Positions 1 through 8,555 of a DNA stretch of 64,000 bases are shown piece by piece. This stretch comes from a virus. The stretch is taken from the IMG/VR virus record IMGVR_UViG_3300026183_000827; one strand, written 5' to 3'. A program made the translations under genes and the position numbers. The notes below the pieces were generated by a model, which was not told the origin of the DNA, did not search any database, and worked only from the letters and a program-made list of their open reading frames with translations. How positions within the stretch are numbered: the stretch's first letter is position 1; each line of letters starts with the position of its first letter.

Positions 1-71
1 TTATAGCAGTGTTTGTAATGGGTATGATAGGTTTAGGAATTGAATTGTACACAGGAAGGTTGCCACTATGA
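1..71 (+). CDS. 3' end of an upstream small hydrophobic protein (partial)
   Basis: Open frame from window edge reads IAVFVMGMIGLGIELYTGRLPL*; its TGA overlaps the QueE ATG (ATGA at 68-71). Confidence 0.55.
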   Translation, partial: IAVFVMGMIGLGIELYTGRLPL

Positions 72-961
72 AGCTACGTTATTCAGAAGCATTTTACAGT
101 GTACAGGGCGAAGGCAAGTTTGTTGGAGTCCCTAGTGTGTTCTTAAGAACTTTTGGTTGTAACTTTCGTTGTATGAACTTTGGCACAGGTGAAACAAAAG
201 ATCGTTGGACACTACACAAAGAAGGTAAAAAATACAACGATGAAGTTGCAGAACTAATTGCAAAAGATGTTCACAAGACTACAAAAGAGTTTAACGACTT
301 GCCTATCATCCACACAGGCTGTGACACATATGCAAGTATCTATCCAGAGTTTAAACACTTTAATAAACTTGCAGAAGTAGACGAAGTGGTTGAACATCTT
401 CTTTCACTTACTCCAGAAGGTAAGTGGACAATGGATAATGGTCAAGACATCCATTTGATATTAACAGGTGGAGAACCTTTGTTAGCGTGGCAAAAGCTCT
501 ACATAGATTTATTTGAGCATCCAAAGATGCAGGACTTAAAAAATGTTACATTTGAAACAAACACTACACAACGTCTACATGACGATTTCTACAACTATCT
601 CAACAATCAAACAAGATTTACAGTTACGTGGTCTTGTTCCCCAAAACTTAGTGTTTCAGGAGAACCTTGGGATACTGCTATACTGCCTGCTGTCGCTAGT
701 CAGTATAGCCATATTAACGGCAGTGACATTTATCTTAAGTTTGTTGTCGCTACTCAAGATGATTTTGACGAAGTTAGCAGGGCTGTGGACGCTTACAAAA
801 GTGCCGGGCTACAATGTCCAGTATATCTTATGCCGTTGGGTGGACGCAGTGAAGAATATTCCCTCAACGTTAAAGACGTGGCAGAAGCCTGTATGGCGAG
901 AGGATGGCGATTCACTCCAAGACTCCACATATCGCTATTCGGGAATGCCTGGGGGACTTAG
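68..961 (+). CDS. queE: 7-carboxy-7-deazaguanine synthase QueE-like radical SAM enzyme
   Basis: QueE-type N-terminus (EAFYSVQGEG...PSVFLRTFGC), CNFRC...GCDT cysteines, TGGEP, ETN, SCSPKL, C-terminal RFTPRLH. Confidence 0.85.
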   Translation: MKLRYSEAFYSVQGEGKFVGVPSVFLRTFGCNFRCMNFGTGETKDRWTLHKEGKKYNDEVAELIAKDVHKTTKEFNDLPIIHTGCDTYASIYPEFKHFNKLAEVDEVVEHLLSLTPEGKWTMDNGQDIHLILTGGEPLLAWQKLYIDLFEHPKMQDLKNVTFETNTTQRLHDDFYNYLNNQTRFTVTWSCSPKLSVSGEPWDTAILPAVASQYSHINGSDIYLKFVVATQDDFDEVSRAVDAYKSAGLQCPVYLMPLGGRSEEYSLNVKDVAEACMARGWRFTPRLHISLFGNAWGT

Positions 962-1037
962 TGAAGAAGATCTTGAAATCCTACGTGGTAAAAAGATCAC
1001 AGAAGAACAATATGAAAAAGTAAGGAGGCAGTTATGA
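945..1037 (+). CDS. Candidate 30-aa micro-protein (MPGGLSEEDLEILRGKKITEEQYEKVRRQL)
   Basis: ATG at 945 inside the queE 3' end; fills the gap to the next gene and ends in an ATGA overlap at 1034-1037. Confidence 0.35.
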   Translation: MPGGLSEEDLEILRGKKITEEQYEKVRRQL

Positions 1038-1417
1038 AAAAATTTTTAAAAGACATAACAGGCATCACAAAAAAAGAAAAAGAACTAGAAGAGCAGGAAA
1101 TGGCTCTTCTTAAAAAGAAAGATCCTAAAGAATATGCCACTAGGCGTAAAGAACCTTGGGTCAGTGTATTAGATGTTAAAGTAAATGAAGATAACGTTCG
1201 CAACGGTTTCTTTGAACTTGACTGGAACAAATACTTTATTGCACAACTAATTGAAAATGGTTACGGTGTAGACAATGATCCAGAAGAAGAAATTGTAGAT
1301 CGTTGGTTCCGTGATATCGTTTACAATATGCTAGAAGCCGAAGGGCAAAGTACTGATAGAGGTGCTGGTTATATTAATGTTGTTCCTATATCAAAAGGCA
1401 AAAGCGAAGTATCATGA
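1034..1417 (+). CDS. Hypothetical phage protein
   Basis: 127-aa ORF with strong SD AGGAGG at 1023-1028. Confidence 0.8.
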   Translation: MKKFLKDITGITKKEKELEEQEMALLKKKDPKEYATRRKEPWVSVLDVKVNEDNVRNGFFELDWNKYFIAQLIENGYGVDNDPEEEIVDRWFRDIVYNMLEAEGQSTDRGAGYINVVPISKGKSEVS

Positions 1418-1512
1418 TTTTTAAAAAGCTCTTTGGATATATTCCTGTTTTTAAACTTGACAAAAGTAAACATAGACAATATAATAGTTTATATGAAGAC
1501 TTATGTATGTGA
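1414..1512 (+). CDS. Candidate 32-aa micro-protein (MIFKKLFGYIPVFKLDKSKHRQYNSLYEDLCM)
   Basis: ATGA overlap with the previous stop; its TGA overlaps the GAGGA SD of the next gene; overlies a promoter, so may be incidental. Confidence 0.3.
   Translation: MIFKKLFGYIPVFKLDKSKHRQYNSLYEDLCM
1457..1485 (+). promoter_or_regulatory. Perfect sigma70 promoter TTGACA-N17-TATAAT upstream of RNase H
   Basis: TTGACA 1457-1462, 17-nt spacer, TATAAT 1480-1485. Confidence 0.85.
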
Positions 1513-1518
1513 GGACAA

Positions 1519-2502
1519 ATGAGCACTTATATTTTAGTAGATACAGCAAACACTTTCTTTAGAGCTCGTCATGTAGTGCGTGGCGATTTGGATACTAAAG
1601 TAGGTATGGCTCTACACATTACACTTAACAGTGTAAAGAAAGCATGGCAAGACTTTAATGCAGATCATGTTGTATTCTGTTTAGAAGGACGCAGTTGGCG
1701 TAAGGACTATTATGAGCCTTACAAGCGTAACAGACAAGAAACTCGTGATGCAATGACTCCTGCACAGCAAGAAGAAGATACTGTGTTTTGGGAAATCTTT
1801 GATGAATTCAAAGACTTTATTGGCACAAAAACTAACTGTACTATGATGCGTCATCCGCAATTAGAAGCAGATGATTTGATTGCTGGTTGGGTACAATCAC
1901 ATCCTAATGACAATCATGTTATTATTAGCACAGACGGTGACTTTGCACAATTGATTGCTCCTAACGTAAAACAGTACAACGGTGTTAGCAATACAACTAT
2001 TACACACGAAGGCTACTTTGACGACAAAGGTAAACCTGTTGTAGATAAGAAAACTAAAGAGCCTAAAGGTGCTCCTGATCCGCAATGGCTACTATTTGAA
2101 AAATGTATGCGAGGTGATACAAGTGACAATGTTTTCTCTGCTTATCCAGGTGTTAGAAAAAAAGGTACAAAGAACAAAGTTGGTCTTATAGAAGCGTTTG
2201 AAGATAAAAGTACAAAAGGCTTCAACTGGAATAATATGATGCTACAGCGTTGGGTTGATCATAATGGTGATGAGCACCGTGTACTAGACGATTACAATCG
2301 CAACGTTACATTGTGTGATTTGTCTGCACAACCTACAGAGATTAGAGAGATAATTAATAACACTATTGCAGAAGTAGAACCTAAGAACATATCACAGGTT
2401 GGTATGCGCCTTATGAAGTTTTGTGCCAAGTGGGATATGCAACGAATTGCAGACCAAGCAGCATCTTTTGCAGAACCTTTACAAGCGAGATACCCTAAAT
2501 GA
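1519..2502 (+). CDS. rnh: T4-like RNase H / 5'-3' exonuclease (FEN family)
   Basis: ILVDTAN, SWRKDYY..YKRNR, LEADDLIA, ISTDGDFAQL, GDTSDNV motifs of the 5'-3' exonuclease fold. Confidence 0.88.
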   Translation: MSTYILVDTANTFFRARHVVRGDLDTKVGMALHITLNSVKKAWQDFNADHVVFCLEGRSWRKDYYEPYKRNRQETRDAMTPAQQEEDTVFWEIFDEFKDFIGTKTNCTMMRHPQLEADDLIAGWVQSHPNDNHVIISTDGDFAQLIAPNVKQYNGVSNTTITHEGYFDDKGKPVVDKKTKEPKGAPDPQWLLFEKCMRGDTSDNVFSAYPGVRKKGTKNKVGLIEAFEDKSTKGFNWNNMMLQRWVDHNGDEHRVLDDYNRNVTLCDLSAQPTEIREIINNTIAEVEPKNISQVGMRLMKFCAKWDMQRIADQAASFAEPLQARYPK

Positions 2503-2972
2503 CATTAAAAGCAAAATCAGTATTAAAAGATAAATTTTGGATTGTTGAAGAAGACGATCAAAGAGTTGGAACACTTTCCTGGAATGACGATCGTTATATG
2601 TTTTCAAGTACAGCAGAGACTTGTTTCTTTGATAACACTCGCCAAATGAAAAAAAAGTTTGGCACAGAAATGATTTTTGTTACTAATGACACAAATATAA
2701 CAACTGTAGACAAAGATAAAATAGTACACGGTTATCCAACAAGTGTAACACCTTTTAATTCTATGTATGATGTAAAAAGAAAACTACCGTTGTTTACAAA
2801 AAGTGACAACTCTAAAAGTATGTATTGTGCGGGATACTATGTAATCTGTTTTGACAAAGGATGGGTTAAATCGTTTTGTCCTAAACTAATTACTGTAGAA
2901 CGTTATAATTTTAAAGGTCCTTTTAAAACAGAATTAGAAATGCGTCAGGAGTTAAGTCGTGTCAACAAATAG
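2499..2972 (+). CDS. Hypothetical phage protein
   Basis: 157-aa ORF with ATGA overlap to the previous gene. Confidence 0.75.
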   Translation: MTLKAKSVLKDKFWIVEEDDQRVGTLSWNDDRYMFSSTAETCFFDNTRQMKKKFGTEMIFVTNDTNITTVDKDKIVHGYPTSVTPFNSMYDVKRKLPLFTKSDNSKSMYCAGYYVICFDKGWVKSFCPKLITVERYNFKGPFKTELEMRQELSRVNK

Positions 2973-3201
2973 TCCTTTAAACACTATACCTATACAACAG
3001 TTTATTCAACAGGTAAAGAGTGCTGAAAACAGCAGAGCAAAAGAAGTTAAGATAGATATTCAGCAGGCAAAAAATCTTGCATTTACTTTAGGTATTGTTA
3101 TGAGTAGGTTAACTTCTGATCTTGAAGAACTTATTAATAAATCTAATAATACCGAAGAAGTTATTAATATTACAATGGACGGCGGCAATAGTTTTGAATA
3201 A
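2959..3201 (+). CDS. Hypothetical protein
   Basis: 80-aa ORF, GTG start with upstream AGGAG. Confidence 0.7.
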   Translation: MSTNSPLNTIPIQQFIQQVKSAENSRAKEVKIDIQQAKNLAFTLGIVMSRLTSDLEELINKSNNTEEVINITMDGGNSFE

Positions 3202-3225
3202 ACTACTCATATAACTTATAAAGAG

Positions 3226-3263
3226 ATAAATATATGCGTATATTATACAAAGGATACGCATAT
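3226..3263 (+). promoter_or_regulatory. ATAAATA late-promoter-like motif plus 10-bp inverted repeat over the SD/start of ORF 3262
   Basis: ATAAATA 3226-3232; ATATGCGTAT 3232-3241 is the reverse complement of ATACGCATAT 3254-3263. Confidence 0.6.
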
Positions 3264-3549
3264 GAGTAGGCCAAAGCCAAATATATTATTAGAAAAAGTA
3301 AACAACAAAACATATAGAAGCGAACAAGTCCTAGAAGCTGAAGCTATTTGGGCTGTATTCTATATGAATAAAGCTTTTAATCTTAAAAGTTCAAATGCCC
3401 TCACAAATTATCCTGGTCCTAAGTATAAAAAAACTGCTTTTTCTAATCCAGGTCATGCACATAATCTAGCCAAAAAATTAAACGATATGTTTAATTGTGA
3501 TGATTTTACTGTTGTAAAACTCACAGATGGCGAAAAAGTTGACGAATGA
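3262..3549 (+). CDS. Hypothetical phage protein
   Basis: 95-aa ORF, SD AGGA 3251-3254. Confidence 0.8.
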   Translation: MSRPKPNILLEKVNNKTYRSEQVLEAEAIWAVFYMNKAFNLKSSNALTNYPGPKYKKTAFSNPGHAHNLAKKLNDMFNCDDFTVVKLTDGEKVDE

Positions 3550-3932
3550 ATAAGGAAGCATATACTAAGATTTTTCTAAAAGAAAAAGGATTAGCTATTA
3601 GTGATGCTAATCTAAAACAATACATGCCTATATGGTGGCAAAATACTAGAAATAAATCACAAGGCGGCTTACGTTTAACAGAAGAAGGATATAATACTTT
3701 ACAAGAAATTGGCATAGAAGTTTATGATATACCATATCCTAAAGATATGCCACTTACTACACAAGTTATTATATTTTTAGATCAATTTATTGATTGTCCA
3801 TATTTTCTTACAAATAGAAGTATAACTGTAACTAATGAAAAGAAAGCTGTCGAGCTAACTCTCTTTAGTGGAGATTTACGTAAATACGGCATTATAAAAG
3901 CAATGAAAAGGCAAGGCAAAGATGTGGAATAG
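3546..3932 (+). CDS. Hypothetical phage protein
   Basis: 128-aa ORF, ATGA overlap. Confidence 0.78.
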   Translation: MNKEAYTKIFLKEKGLAISDANLKQYMPIWWQNTRNKSQGGLRLTEEGYNTLQEIGIEVYDIPYPKDMPLTTQVIIFLDQFIDCPYFLTNRSITVTNEKKAVELTLFSGDLRKYGIIKAMKRQGKDVE

Positions 3933-4416
3933 AGGACACATAACTCCAAAATGGAAAGAAGAATACAAAAGATTTAATTATACACATAAAGAAGCACATC
4001 CTGCAGATGTAGAATATTGGCGAAGACAAGGTTACACTTACAATACTTTTACAGGAGACATGTTTGCTAAACAAGATCAAATGCCCGATTGGGTTAATGA
4101 TATGCAAAATGAAATAGGGTTATTTGATTGTGGATTTACATTCTACAAAATGAAGTCTGGTATTGTTATGCCTAAACATGTAGATCACTTTGAAACATAT
4201 TGTAGAATATTTAATTGCAAAAAGAATCAAGTTTGGAGAGCAATTGTTGCTTTAGAAGACTGGCAAAGTGGCCATTATTTTGAGATTGATAACACTCCTA
4301 TAATTGATTATAAAGCGGGCGATTATGTCATTTGGAGTCATGAAATGGAACATATGGCTGCAAATTTAGGACAAAATACTAGATATACTTTACAGATTAC
4401 TGGAAAAAAATTGTAA
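3922..4416 (+). CDS. 2OG-Fe(II) oxygenase / cupin (Asp/Asn beta-hydroxylase-like)
   Basis: HxD (PKHVD), distal H (EHMAAN) and R (TRYTLQITG) in a DSBH pattern. Confidence 0.7.
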   Translation: MWNRGHITPKWKEEYKRFNYTHKEAHPADVEYWRRQGYTYNTFTGDMFAKQDQMPDWVNDMQNEIGLFDCGFTFYKMKSGIVMPKHVDHFETYCRIFNCKKNQVWRAIVALEDWQSGHYFEIDNTPIIDYKAGDYVIWSHEMEHMAANLGQNTRYTLQITGKKL

Positions 4417-4454
4417 GCTATTGATTATTAAGCTAATCTTTTTTATGAAAAAGG

Positions 4455-4482
4455 TTGACTTTTGCTGTAGTGATGCTATTAT
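4455..4482 (+). promoter_or_regulatory. sigma70-like promoter for the AAA+ ATPase
   Basis: TTGACT 4455-4460, 16-nt spacer, extended -10 TGcTATTAT. Confidence 0.6.
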
Positions 4483-4518
4483 ATATACATACTTAGCAAA
4501 TACAGAAGGGCTTAAATT

Positions 4519-5607
4519 ATGGAAACCGTAGCAACTCGTACAGTTACACCAAAAACTGCTAAATCATCAGTTAAGCATGCACTAACAAAACAACGTCCTA
4601 TCTTCCTTTGGGGACCTCCAGGTATTGGTAAGTCTGATATTGTTGCGCAAATTACAAACAGTTTGCCTAACTCACATTTGATCGATGTTCGTTTGTCACT
4701 ATGGGATCCTACTGACATTAAAGGTATTCCGTACTTTGATTCTAATACTAGCACAATGCAATGGGCACCGCCTGCAGAACTTCCTTCAGAAGAGTTTGCG
4801 GCACAATACGACAATATTGTATTGTTCCTAGACGAAATGAACTCTGCGGCTCCTGCTGTACAGGCAGCGGCTTATCAACTTATTCTTAACCGCAAGGTTG
4901 GTACTTATAAATTGCCAGACAATGTTATGATTGTTGCGGCAGGTAACCGTGAAGCAGACAAAGGTGTTACTTACCGTATGCCTGCTCCGCTTGCTAATCG
5001 CTTTATCCACTTGGAAATGACTGTATCATTTGATGACTGGTTTGAGTGGGCTGTTGATAATAACATTCATTCAGATGTTGTAGGTTATTTGCAATTTAGT
5101 AAACAGGATCTATATGATTTTGATCCGAAATCATCTAGTCGTTCTTTTGCAACGCCTCGTTCGTGGTCATTTGTATCAGAATTACTTGAAGATAAAATTG
5201 ACGAAAACACCACTACAGATCTAGTTTCGGGTGCAGTAGGTGAAGGACTAGCTGTTAAGTTTATGGCACATCGCAAAATTGCTTCGGATATGCCTAATCC
5301 AACAGATATCTTAGCAGGTAAAGTCAAAGACTTGCATAACAAAGAAATTAGTGCAATGTATTCACTTACAGTATCTCTTTGCTATGAGTTAAAAGAGGCG
5401 TCAGACAAGAACGATAAAAAGTTTGACAACAAAGTTAACAACTTTCTGCGTTTTGCAATGGATAACTTTGATACAGAACTAGTTGTAATGGGAATTAAAC
5501 TTGCACTAACACAGTATTCACTACCCATTGATCCAGATGAAGTTGAATGTTTTGATGAATTTCACGATCGTTATGGCAAATATATTAAGGCAGCACAGAC
5601 TGCTTAA
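4519..5607 (+). CDS. MoxR-type AAA+ ATPase
   Basis: Walker A GPPGIGKS, Walker B LFLDE, AAGN sensor, LANRF arginine finger, TPRSW. Confidence 0.88.
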   Translation: METVATRTVTPKTAKSSVKHALTKQRPIFLWGPPGIGKSDIVAQITNSLPNSHLIDVRLSLWDPTDIKGIPYFDSNTSTMQWAPPAELPSEEFAAQYDNIVLFLDEMNSAAPAVQAAAYQLILNRKVGTYKLPDNVMIVAAGNREADKGVTYRMPAPLANRFIHLEMTVSFDDWFEWAVDNNIHSDVVGYLQFSKQDLYDFDPKSSSRSFATPRSWSFVSELLEDKIDENTTTDLVSGAVGEGLAVKFMAHRKIASDMPNPTDILAGKVKDLHNKEISAMYSLTVSLCYELKEASDKNDKKFDNKVNNFLRFAMDNFDTELVVMGIKLALTQYSLPIDPDEVECFDEFHDRYGKYIKAAQTA

Positions 5608-5616
5608 GATACAAAA

Positions 5617-5655
5617 CGAACGGTCTCTTTTGAGGCCGTTTGGCTTTGTTTTTTT
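5617..5655 (+). terminator. Rho-independent terminator
   Basis: 11-bp stem CGAACGGTCTC / GAGGCCGTTTG (two G-U pairs), TTTT loop, followed by a T-rich tail. Confidence 0.7.
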
Positions 5656-5657
5656 GG

Positions 5658-5686
5658 TTGACAAATTCATTAAATACTGTTATACT
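5658..5686 (+). promoter_or_regulatory. sigma70 promoter TTGACA-N17-TATACT (extended -10)
   Basis: TTGACA 5658-5663, TGt-TATACT 5678-5686. Confidence 0.8.
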
Positions 5687-5723
5687 ATATGTATAGAAAA
5701 TGGTAAACAGAAGGGCAAATGAA

Positions 5724-7052
5724 ATGGCTGTTTTAGTAAGCGAAAAAAATACTGCTAGTAAACTAAAAAACTGGCAACCTGATCCAAATATTACTCCTGA
5801 ACAACTAGAAGAAATGCGTGTTGAAGTATACGACCGCATTATTGTTGCACGAGTAGGTTTGTTATTACGTCACCCATTTTTTGGCAATATGGCAACTAGA
5901 TTAAAAATACTCGCTGCCGATGATTGGTGTCCTACTGCTGCCGTTGATGGCAAAAATCTTTACTACAACACTCAATTCTTTAATGCTATGAACAATAAAG
6001 AAATTGAGTTTGTTATTGCACACGAAATTTTGCACTGTGTATTTGATCACCTAGAACGTCGAAATTGGCAGGATCGTAACTTAGATCCTATGATTAGTAA
6101 CATTGCACAAGACTATATTGTAAACAATGTTTTGGTAAGAGACAAAATTGGTGAAAAACCTAGTATTGTTGATTGCTTTCAAGATTTTAAATACGATAAT
6201 TGGACTTCCGAAGAAGTATACGAAGATATCTTTAACAAGTATGACGAAGAACAGTTACGTCAATTAGGAGAATTGTTAGACGAACACCTTGATCCAGAAG
6301 AAGGCGATGGTGCAGCCGACGGCGATGCTGGCGAAGAAAAAGATGTAAATGGCAACGGTGTAAGCAAGAAAAAACCAAAGTATTCTAAAGAAGACTTACG
6401 TAAAATACGTGACGAAATTAAAGAAAATATGATTTCGGCAGCGCAAAGTGCTGGTGCAGGTAACGTTCCTGCAGGTGTTCAGCGTATGATCAAAGAGCTT
6501 ACTGAGCCTAAGATGAACTGGCGTCAACTGCTTCGTCAGCAAATCCAAAGTATTATTAAGCATGACTTTACTTTTTCTCGTCCTTCACGTAAAGGTTGGC
6601 ACGTAGGTGCTGTACTTCCAGGTCAAAACTTTGACGAAACAATTGACATTTGTTTGGCTCTTGATATGAGTGGTTCAATTGGCAATTCGCAAGCATCTGA
6701 TTTCTTAGGCGAAGTAAAAGGCATCATGGAAGAATTTAAAGATTATAATATTAAAATCTGGTGCTTTGACACTGCTGTATACAATGAACAAAGTTACAGT
6801 GCAGACGGTGGTGAAGACTTAATGGATTACGAAATTAAAGGCGGAGGCGGCACTGATTTTATGTGTAATTGGGAATATATGAAAGAAAACGACATTGTTC
6901 CTAAAAAGTTCATTATGTTCACAGACGGATATGCTTGGGATAGTTGGGGTGATCCTGACTATTGCGAATCAATCTTTTTAATTCACTCTAACCACGATCA
7001 AAATTTACAGGCACCGTTTGGTACTACCGTGCATTACGATAAGGCAGCATGA
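5724..7052 (+). CDS. HExxH metallopeptidase-like + VWA domain protein (DUF2201-like), AAA+ partner
   Basis: AHEILH, acidic linker, MIDAS DMSGS, GGGTDF, FTDG. Start moved from 5700 to 5724 because its leader ACAGAAGGGC-N7-ATG matches that of ORF 4519. Confidence 0.85.
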   Translation: MAVLVSEKNTASKLKNWQPDPNITPEQLEEMRVEVYDRIIVARVGLLLRHPFFGNMATRLKILAADDWCPTAAVDGKNLYYNTQFFNAMNNKEIEFVIAHEILHCVFDHLERRNWQDRNLDPMISNIAQDYIVNNVLVRDKIGEKPSIVDCFQDFKYDNWTSEEVYEDIFNKYDEEQLRQLGELLDEHLDPEEGDGAADGDAGEEKDVNGNGVSKKKPKYSKEDLRKIRDEIKENMISAAQSAGAGNVPAGVQRMIKELTEPKMNWRQLLRQQIQSIIKHDFTFSRPSRKGWHVGAVLPGQNFDETIDICLALDMSGSIGNSQASDFLGEVKGIMEEFKDYNIKIWCFDTAVYNEQSYSADGGEDLMDYEIKGGGGTDFMCNWEYMKENDIVPKKFIMFTDGYAWDSWGDPDYCESIFLIHSNHDQNLQAPFGTTVHYDKAA

Positions 7053-7327
7053 TTAAAGAAAAAACATTAAAACCATTAGAAATACTCGAGGCGAGACAGC
7101 TTCGATTTTCGCCGCCGCATTTCGAATGTGTGGACATTACACTAAGATATAACTTAGAAGATTCTTTAATCAAATGGATTAAAAAAAATCTTAAAAAACG
7201 TTTTTATGTCGGAAAAAATATTAAAGTATCAAACAACAGTAAAAAAATATTATTAACTGTTTCTTTTGAAGATTCAAAAGAACTTAGTTATTTCATGTTA
7301 GCTTGTCCACATTTAAAGTATAACTAA
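7049..7327 (+). CDS. Hypothetical protein
   Basis: 92-aa ORF, ATGA overlap. Confidence 0.7.
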   Translation: MIKEKTLKPLEILEARQLRFSPPHFECVDITLRYNLEDSLIKWIKKNLKKRFYVGKNIKVSNNSKKILLTVSFEDSKELSYFMLACPHLKYN

Positions 7328-7365
7328 ATAAACTGCGCATATATAATTGTATAGGAGAATAAAAT

Positions 7366-7599
7366 ATGAGCGATGAAACTAAAGTAGAAGAAACTGCAAC
7401 TCAAGAAGCACCGGCAACTGAAAGTAATGCACCTGATTTGACAGTAAACGATCTACAAGCTTTGAAAAGTATTATTGACGTAGCTAGCCAACGTGGAGCA
7501 TTTAAACCAAACGAAATGGTTACAGTTGGTCAAACTTATAATAAATTAGAACAATTTTTAGGAGCAGTTGCCGTAACGCAACAAACTCAAACATCCTAA
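7366..7599 (+). CDS. Hypothetical phage protein
   Basis: 77-aa ORF with AGGAG SD and upstream CTAAATA. Confidence 0.8.
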   Translation: MSDETKVEETATQEAPATESNAPDLTVNDLQALKSIIDVASQRGAFKPNEMVTVGQTYNKLEQFLGAVAVTQQTQTS

Positions 7600-7610
7600 G
7601 GGAGGAAATT

Positions 7611-8201
7611 ATGTTAAAACACGTTGGCCGCATGGCTAAGAATAAAAGAAAAATAGTAGTAGCTTATAGAGTAGTACCCGATGAACCGGATAATTGTATT
7701 GTTGTTACTACAGAAAACCTAATGGCCGAAGAACACGATGCACTAATGAAACTAGTTGAATCTGATGCAGGCCAATCAGAAGAGCATCTTGCAAATGCTA
7801 TGGCACGTTCTAGAATGCCAGATGGTAAAATTATGTTAGCTGCATTGCATACTACTGGCAAAATGGTTAAGGTTGCAACTGCTGATGTCGAAATGACTCC
7901 TAACTCTAACACAGTAATTAAATTATCAGAACTAAACGAAGTTATTGCTGGACAAAAAGGAGTTACTGTTGCAGATTTGGCTGTACAAGACAACTCTCCA
8001 GCAGCTAGACAGCAACAACGCACAACTAGCGCAGAAGCAACTAGTACAGACGGTGTGTTATCAGATGAAGATTTAGCAGCTCAATATAGATCACAAGCAG
8101 ATGCTATGTTTAAAGAAGCAAAAAGACTTCGCGAGCAGGCCGAAGAGCTAGTGCCTACAAAAAAGAAAGCCAAAACAAAGGCCGAAGAAGGTGTCGGATA
8201 A
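7611..8201 (+). CDS. Hypothetical phage protein with C-terminal coiled coil
   Basis: 196-aa ORF, GGAGG SD. Confidence 0.8.
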   Translation: MLKHVGRMAKNKRKIVVAYRVVPDEPDNCIVVTTENLMAEEHDALMKLVESDAGQSEEHLANAMARSRMPDGKIMLAALHTTGKMVKVATADVEMTPNSNTVIKLSELNEVIAGQKGVTVADLAVQDNSPAARQQQRTTSAEATSTDGVLSDEDLAAQYRSQADAMFKEAKRLREQAEELVPTKKKAKTKAEEGVG

Positions 8202-8499
8202 ACTTCCTGAACATATTGTAGATCAATGGCCAGAAATTTTAAAAGACATCGAGATAAAAGCTGTTCCAATAGAGTATCTTAGATTTGTTAGTGTTTACTT
8301 TCACGACGGCGAAATATGGGAAATAGATGTTAGGCAGGAACTTCTAGAAGATTCTGAAACATCTTTAGAAGAAATACTAGAAGAATTTTTTGATCAAAAC
8401 AACGAAGAAATTAAAAAAATTGATTTCCAAATTGACGCTCCTTCTATGATATCTGATATTAAAAGTAAAACTAAAACTTTTATGAAGAAAAGAAAGTAA
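8191..8499 (+). CDS. Hypothetical acidic protein
   Basis: 102-aa ORF, GTG start overlapping the previous gene. Confidence 0.7.
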   Translation: MSDKLPEHIVDQWPEILKDIEIKAVPIEYLRFVSVYFHDGEIWEIDVRQELLEDSETSLEEILEEFFDQNNEEIKKIDFQIDAPSMISDIKSKTKTFMKKRK

Positions 8500-8519
8500 A
8501 GGTAATATCTACTTATTAG

Positions 8520-8526
8520 ATAAATA
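8520..8526 (+). promoter_or_regulatory. ATAAATA late-promoter-like motif
   Basis: Intergenic, 30 nt upstream of the tail-fibre-like ORF 8556; same motif precedes other structural genes. Confidence 0.55.
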
Positions 8527-8555
8527 TATATAATAAACGGATCAGGAGTAAAATA

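Noticed and set aside
543-1037. 164-aa alternative-frame ORF overlapping queE
   Set aside because: Almost wholly inside queE with no recognisable motif; only the last 30 codons are kept as a micro-ORF candidate.
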